51,868 nt of DNA, from IMG/VR virus record IMGVR_UViG_3300009345_000002, positions 1 to 51,868 of that record; one strand, given 5' to 3'. The notes beneath the pieces were generated by a model. It ran no database searches. It had not been told where the DNA came from and saw only the letters and a program-made list of their open reading frames with translations. How positions within the stretch are numbered: the stretch's first letter is position 1; every line of letters begins with the position of its first letter. The translations under genes were made by a program, and so were the position numbers. Positions 47,525-51,868 of the stretch are shown piece by piece. Origin of the DNA: a virus. Its lineage: Duplodnaviria; Caudoviricetes.

Positions 47525-49619
47525 TATTAAAACTTCCATTATTTGTAATTATACTATTCAGTTTTCTAGTAGTATCTAAAGTATAGCCACTACCACCACT
47601 TCGTCCAGTATAACCTACAAAGGCTGCATCTGTCAAGCAGTCTACCATATCATCATGACCATGCTTACCATCTCTTCTAAAATTAATACACTCCTCAATA
47701 AACTCTGATGCAAACTCATTACGAATCCAAACATGGTTAAGCTCAAGCTGATCACGGATTAACTGAACCCTAGCTACCTTACCTTTTACATTGCCTGCGT
47801 TTGGTAAAGCAATATTTGTTTTTTTATCAACCTTGTTCATTTTACTATTTCTTTTCATAGTCTTTAATGGTATGCCACATTGATTACAAATCTGCTTTGT
47901 CATAAGACCACCAGAAATTGCCTCAATATAAAATGGTATTTTTTTCTCATACTCATTACACCATCTTATCCATGTATTACTAATTGTTTTAATAAGATCA
48001 AGACCCTCAAGTTTACCCCTATACATGTCAAGTAAATATAAACGACCGTGTTTTGTTAATGCCCATAAGCATGCAACAGTATAGTCGGCTTGCGCACTAT
48101 CAACCATGGCAGTATCTGCCGTGGCAAAAATTTTTTTAATATCATCCCTATCAGGCTCAATAGAAAATTTATGGAAAAATTCTCGCTTAAATAAATCTCC
48201 CTCATCTAACATCGGAGCATTTTGGTACATACATGAGAAAATTCTAGGTCTACCAATCATAACTTTTAAAATAATTGAGTATTCACGAATCGGATCACCT
48301 GTTCTAGTGTCTTTTTGCATATATAATTCTCTATCAAAAACTGGCACACGGGCCTGTCTAAATTCACCTTTCATATGCAGCATTACCATACCAGATAAGT
48401 CATTTGAGTGAACTCGCTGCTGGTTAAGAATAATTTTTGTATTACCCCTAGCCCTAGATAAAACTTTACCCATGAAGTCGTTCCAATCACTCTCGTACTC
48501 ACTAGCAGCCCTACCCTCTTCTTGAGGGTCATCAAGCATTAGCAAACCACCTGTTGATTTTGAATTAACAAATTCCTCAAGCTCCTCTTTCATAATTTCC
48601 TTGATATTATACTTGTTAGCATCATCAATACCAATCTCATTATTCATGAATTTTTTATCTGCCTCTGTAAGCTTTGAACTCTCAGTACCACCAGCTGATG
48701 CACCCAAGAATGCAGAACCATATGTTCTAGCCATATAGTTATATGATTTTGTACTGTCTGAAAATGCCCATTGTGTAACCTTTGTACGGTCTTTCTTACG
48801 CAACATATGACCAAATAAAAATCCAAACATCTCATGCATACATGTTTTACGAATACGCTCGGCATTCTGTGTAAGCAATGCATCCGATGCTGAAATATGA
48901 AGAATAACAGAATCCTTATTTCGTGCCAACTCATACTCCAAAAGTGAGTTTGTAGCATCTGTCTTACCTGCACCAGAGAAAATATTGATAATAGTAATCT
49001 TCTCTTTTGTATCACCATTTAATACATCAACTGCACTTGTAAATAACGGCATCAAATGCTTCAAAGGAATAAATTTCTGCTGATTAATTACCAAAGCCTT
49101 AATTGTGTAAAACTTTAAAAAGTCATTTTTAATATGCTCACCAAATGCTCTGGCCCTGTCTGCAAACCTCTGCCTCTCAATTGGAGCATAATGCTTACTG
49201 TTTGCACATGCATATAAATTGTTAATTCTACGAACACAATCCTTATTCCAAATCTCAACCATCGGATCAAACATATTAAAATAGTTAATTAGATAATAAT
49301 CAAAATTATCTCGGTCTAATTCGAAATTTTTCGGAAATTTTTTTATAACCTCTGTCTGAGCAGTCTCTTCAATCACGAAATTCTTCATTCGCTCAGCATA
49401 TTCTTCTTTTAAATTCTTATAATTTCTGAATATCTTGTACATTATCTTATTGTTTAACTTTAACCAACCTAAACGCCTAAAGAAATCACCCTCCCACTCA
49501 GTCTCACCAAGCTGAAAGTCCTCAAAATACTCCGTAAATGCAGCAAGTATATCTACATCTGTATCTTTTTTATGAAAGTCAAAATCTCTCCATTCCTTAA
49601 ACTCTTTATGCATCATCAC
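47517..49619 (-). CDS. terL: terminase large subunit
   Basis: IINIFSGAGKT, LMLDDP, QQRVHSNDLSG, YQNAP, ATADTA..ADYT, HGHDDMVD. Confidence 0.9.
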   Translation of the reverse strand: MMMHKEFKEWRDFDFHKKDTDVDILAAFTEYFEDFQLGETEWEGDFFRRLGWLKLNNKIMYKIFRNYKNLKEEYAERMKNFVIEETAQTEVIKKFPKNFELDRDNFDYYLINYFNMFDPMVEIWNKDCVRRINNLYACANSKHYAPIERQRFADRARAFGEHIKNDFLKFYTIKALVINQQKFIPLKHLMPLFTSAVDVLNGDTKEKITIINIFSGAGKTDATNSLLEYELARNKDSVILHISASDALLTQNAERIRKTCMHEMFGFLFGHMLRKKDRTKVTQWAFSDSTKSYNYMARTYGSAFLGASAGGTESSKLTEADKKFMNNEIGIDDANKYNIKEIMKEELEEFVNSKSTGGLLMLDDPQEEGRAASEYESDWNDFMGKVLSRARGNTKIILNQQRVHSNDLSGMVMLHMKGEFRQARVPVFDRELYMQKDTRTGDPIREYSIILKVMIGRPRIFSCMYQNAPMLDEGDLFKREFFHKFSIEPDRDDIKKIFATADTAMVDSAQADYTVACLWALTKHGRLYLLDMYRGKLEGLDLIKTISNTWIRWCNEYEKKIPFYIEAISGGLMTKQICNQCGIPLKTMKRNSKMNKVDKKTNIALPNAGNVKGKVARVQLIRDQLELNHVWIRNEFASEFIEECINFRRDGKHGHDDMVDCLTDAAFVGYTGRSGGSGYTLDTTRKLNSIITNNGSFNNV

Positions 49620-50190
49620 TCTCCTTTACTTCCTCAAAACTAGCTGAAATTGTACGCATCTTATCTAGTGTATTACCACCTGACTTTGTATCTGAAAAGT
49701 CTACCAACTCTCCACCGTTATGCAATTTTGATGGGTTAGCAGCTGGCGTAGGAACTGTCGCAACAGCTGCTCTCGTATTGTCGGCATACCCATATATGTT
49801 TTGTAAGGCAATATTACCTGCCTTGTCCTTAATATCTCCACGAAACATTGCCTGCAAAATCTTTGTTCGCAGCTTGCCCTCAAGCCTCGTCTTCATAGTC
49901 TTAAACTCCTCCATACATTGTATATCATGCTCATCACACAATAACTCCAACTCTGCCATTGTATACTCCTTTGGTCTTTCTATGGAGAATTGCAAGAAAC
50001 CATCAAGGTCTGGATACAAATTATGACCACTAGCATTATTGATACTGGTGTTTAACTGTTCACTCAACTCTGATAAATATCCTAACATTGCCTGCTTGTC
50101 TAATACACCATATTCCTGAGATACACTATAATCCCATGCTCCCTCTTCTATGATTATCTCTCTAGCTGACTTAAATATATTCCTTGCCAC
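49606..50190 (-). CDS. putative terminase small subunit (GTG start)
   Basis: Immediately upstream of terL; IALQNIYGYAD resembles the TerS 'LKN..GY.D' motif. Confidence 0.55.
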   Translation of the reverse strand: MARNIFKSAREIIIEEGAWDYSVSQEYGVLDKQAMLGYLSELSEQLNTSINNASGHNLYPDLDGFLQFSIERPKEYTMAELELLCDEHDIQCMEEFKTMKTRLEGKLRTKILQAMFRGDIKDKAGNIALQNIYGYADNTRAAVATVPTPAANPSKLHNGGELVDFSDTKSGGNTLDKMRTISASFEEVKESDDA

Positions 50191-50222
50191 TTGTTCGTTC
50201 CTTTCTTGTATTAAGTAATGAT

Positions 50223-50250
50223 ATTATAGCATAGAATTTTTTTTTTTCAA
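50223..50250 (-). promoter_or_regulatory. late/packaging operon promoter
   Basis: TTGAAA(50250-50245)-16-TATAAT(50228-50223) with TG extension. Confidence 0.55.
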
Positions 50251-50377
50251 AATTTTCGGCGAAAAATGGCTGGTCAGACAAAATAAATAAAAAAATCTAG
50301 TACCTTTTAAAACTTGCTTTTTCTAGTGTTGCACAAATAACACAAGCAAAAAAATGAAAAAAAAGTGCATAAAAGCA

Positions 50378-50413
50378 TTGACAATCTTGCATATTAGTTA
50401 TATAATATAACTA
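50378..50413 (+). promoter_or_regulatory. consensus early promoter with palindrome over -10
   Basis: TTGACA(50378)-17-TATAAT(50401); TAGTTATAT-A-ATATAACTA. Confidence 0.85.
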
Positions 50414-50448
50414 TATTAAACAATAAACAAATAAAGGAATTAATAAAA

Positions 50449-50904
50449 ATGATTAGACAATACGAAAATAAAAACACACTAGAAAAAAGCCAAAATAAAG
50501 CAATAAATAATGTATTGTATAAAAATGCATTAGTTCTAATAGTAAATAATGGAATTGATGGCAATTATACAAAAACTTTAGGTTATTACACTAAAGCCCC
50601 AACTTATACTAATTATATTGAAGAATTAAAAAGAGTTTTAGATTGTAAAGAGTTAGAGTTTAAAAAATTAAATGATATACAATATAAAAATTTTAGTATT
50701 GTTTTTACTGATAATAGTATAATTGTTAACGGTAAAGAATGGCCTTTAAATGAAAACCGCAAAGGTTTTACTTATAAAGTATTAAAAAATAAAATAAATG
50801 TTGATACAATTGAAGAATTTAAAAAACATATAGTGCAATCTTGCAATGTTGCAAGCCCATTTTATACAACATTAAAAAACTTACTTGAAAAACTGGAGGC
50901 GTAA
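50449..50904 (+). CDS. hypothetical early protein
   Basis: AAGGA RBS after promoter. Confidence 0.7.
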   Translation: MIRQYENKNTLEKSQNKAINNVLYKNALVLIVNNGIDGNYTKTLGYYTKAPTYTNYIEELKRVLDCKELEFKKLNDIQYKNFSIVFTDNSIIVNGKEWPLNENRKGFTYKVLKNKINVDTIEEFKKHIVQSCNVASPFYTTLKNLLEKLEA

Positions 50905-50907
50905 AAC

Positions 50908-51024
50908 ATGAAAATTTTAACAATTATTTTAATTATTATTTTAGGCTTTACAATATGGGCTTGCAACTCAATAGATAAAGCAACTGGATTAACAACCGAA
51001 CAGTTGCGCAAGATTAACAGTTAA
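50908..51024 (+). CDS. small lipoprotein-like/membrane peptide (38 aa, not in track)
   Basis: GGAGG RBS; MKILTIILIIILGFTIWAC signal-like N-terminus. Confidence 0.55.
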   Translation: MKILTIILIIILGFTIWACNSIDKATGLTTEQLRKINS

Positions 51025-51040
51025 ACAAGGGGTTTTTATT

Positions 51041-51319
51041 ATGAATACAAAAAGCGATTTTATAAAAGAAGTTGAGCAACATATGCAAAAAAACTACATA
51101 CCACCAAAAAGCAAGCTAGATAAATTAAAAAGTAGTTTAAACTATGATTTTAAAAATATTAGCAATGTATCAATTAAAAATAATAAGTTATATTTTACTT
51201 TAGATAAAAACAAAATAATTATATCTAGTAATAATATAATTAGTGATAAATTGCCAAACCTTGCAAATTGGTTTTTATTAAAACAATTACAACGCAATAT
51301 TGCACTATATACAAAATAA
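51041..51319 (+). CDS. hypothetical protein
   Basis: AAGGGG RBS. Confidence 0.6.
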   Translation: MNTKSDFIKEVEQHMQKNYIPPKSKLDKLKSSLNYDFKNISNVSIKNNKLYFTLDKNKIIISSNNIISDKLPNLANWFLLKQLQRNIALYTK

Positions 51320-51330
51320 AGGGTTTTAAA

Positions 51331-51531
51331 ATGAAAAATACAGAACTATATAAACAAGCAGAACAACATATAAAAGCACTAAAAAGACTAAAAGAAAAGC
51401 ATAATAAAACATTACATCCAGTTAAAAAGTACAAAATGCAGCAAGATATTGAAATAATAACAATTGAAGAATGTAAAAAAATTGCCTCAGATGTTGTTTT
51501 TTTAGAGTGTAATCAGTCAATAAAGTACTAA
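51331..51531 (+). CDS. hypothetical protein (start revised from 51268)
   Basis: AAGGG RBS before ATG 51331. Confidence 0.55.
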   Translation: MKNTELYKQAEQHIKALKRLKEKHNKTLHPVKKYKMQQDIEIITIEECKKIASDVVFLECNQSIKY

Positions 51532-51545
51532 AAACACAAAAAAAC

Positions 51546-51717
51546 ACGCCTTTTTTTACAGTAAACTTTATTTTTTTACATTAAAAACTTTATTTTTTTA
51601 CATTAACTTTTTTATTTTTTTACATTAGAACTTTATTTTTTTACATTAACTTTAAAAATCGCAAGTCTATATTTTTCAGTTACTTAGTTAAAAACATGTT
51701 TATTTTTTTACATTAAC
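51546..51717 (-). repeat. Right array of ~7 TTAATGTAAAAAAATAAA-like units; inverted counterpart of 31-203
   Basis: TTTATTTTTTTACATTA at ~51567, 51589, 51611, 51632, 51699, plus TTTTTTTACAGTAA at 51551 and ATTTTTCAGT at 51671. Confidence 0.85.
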
Positions 51718-51868
51718 TTATAAATGAACTATAACTTTTTTAATTACATGATAATATTTTAATTGACTTATTAGGCCTAACAAAAAGAATAAAAAGAATA
51801 AATAATATAACTATAAAAAAATAAATAATAATAATAACTCTCTTATAGAATTATATAATATATATATA

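Noticed and set aside
48550-48690. Intein in terL
   Set aside because: Insert is ~45 aa and lacks N-terminal Cys and C-terminal HN-C/S/T splice motifs
51718-51868. Hairpin telomere of a linear plasmid-phage
   Set aside because: No protelomerase or partition genes recognised; the junction is low-complexity AT rather than a long perfect palindrome

Overview
An apparently near-complete ~52 kb, very AT-rich tailed-phage genome with a contractile (myovirus-type) tail. The + strand (50.4 kb, wrapping through the window end to ~25.8 kb) carries many small early ORFs and a recombination/replication module: YqaJ exonuclease, PIF1-like helicase, RecT, primase/helicase-like protein, SF2 helicase, VRR-NUC, clamp-like protein and SSB. 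It also encodes N6-adenine and C5-cytosine methyltransferases, an HNH protein and an HslV-like protease. The - strand (50.2 to 25.9 kb) carries terminase, portal, head, neck, sheath/tube, a -1 frameshifted tail chaperone, tape measure, baseplate, tail fibre and lysis genes. I see no integrase or DNA polymerase. The SSB looks alphaproteobacterial. The most unusual signals are non-coding. At least four ORF-less promoter-to-terminator units (candidate sRNAs) are present. One is complementary to a CA-rich leader shared by the phage's early/middle mRNAs, and another to the 5' end of the lysis-operon mRNA. Also seen: four covarying H-type pseudoknots, a tRNA-like RNA, two operator-like promoter classes, mirror-image iteron-like arrays at the two window ends, and near-total avoidance of GAAGG/CCTTC. 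All assignments come from motif recognition by eye; no searches were run.
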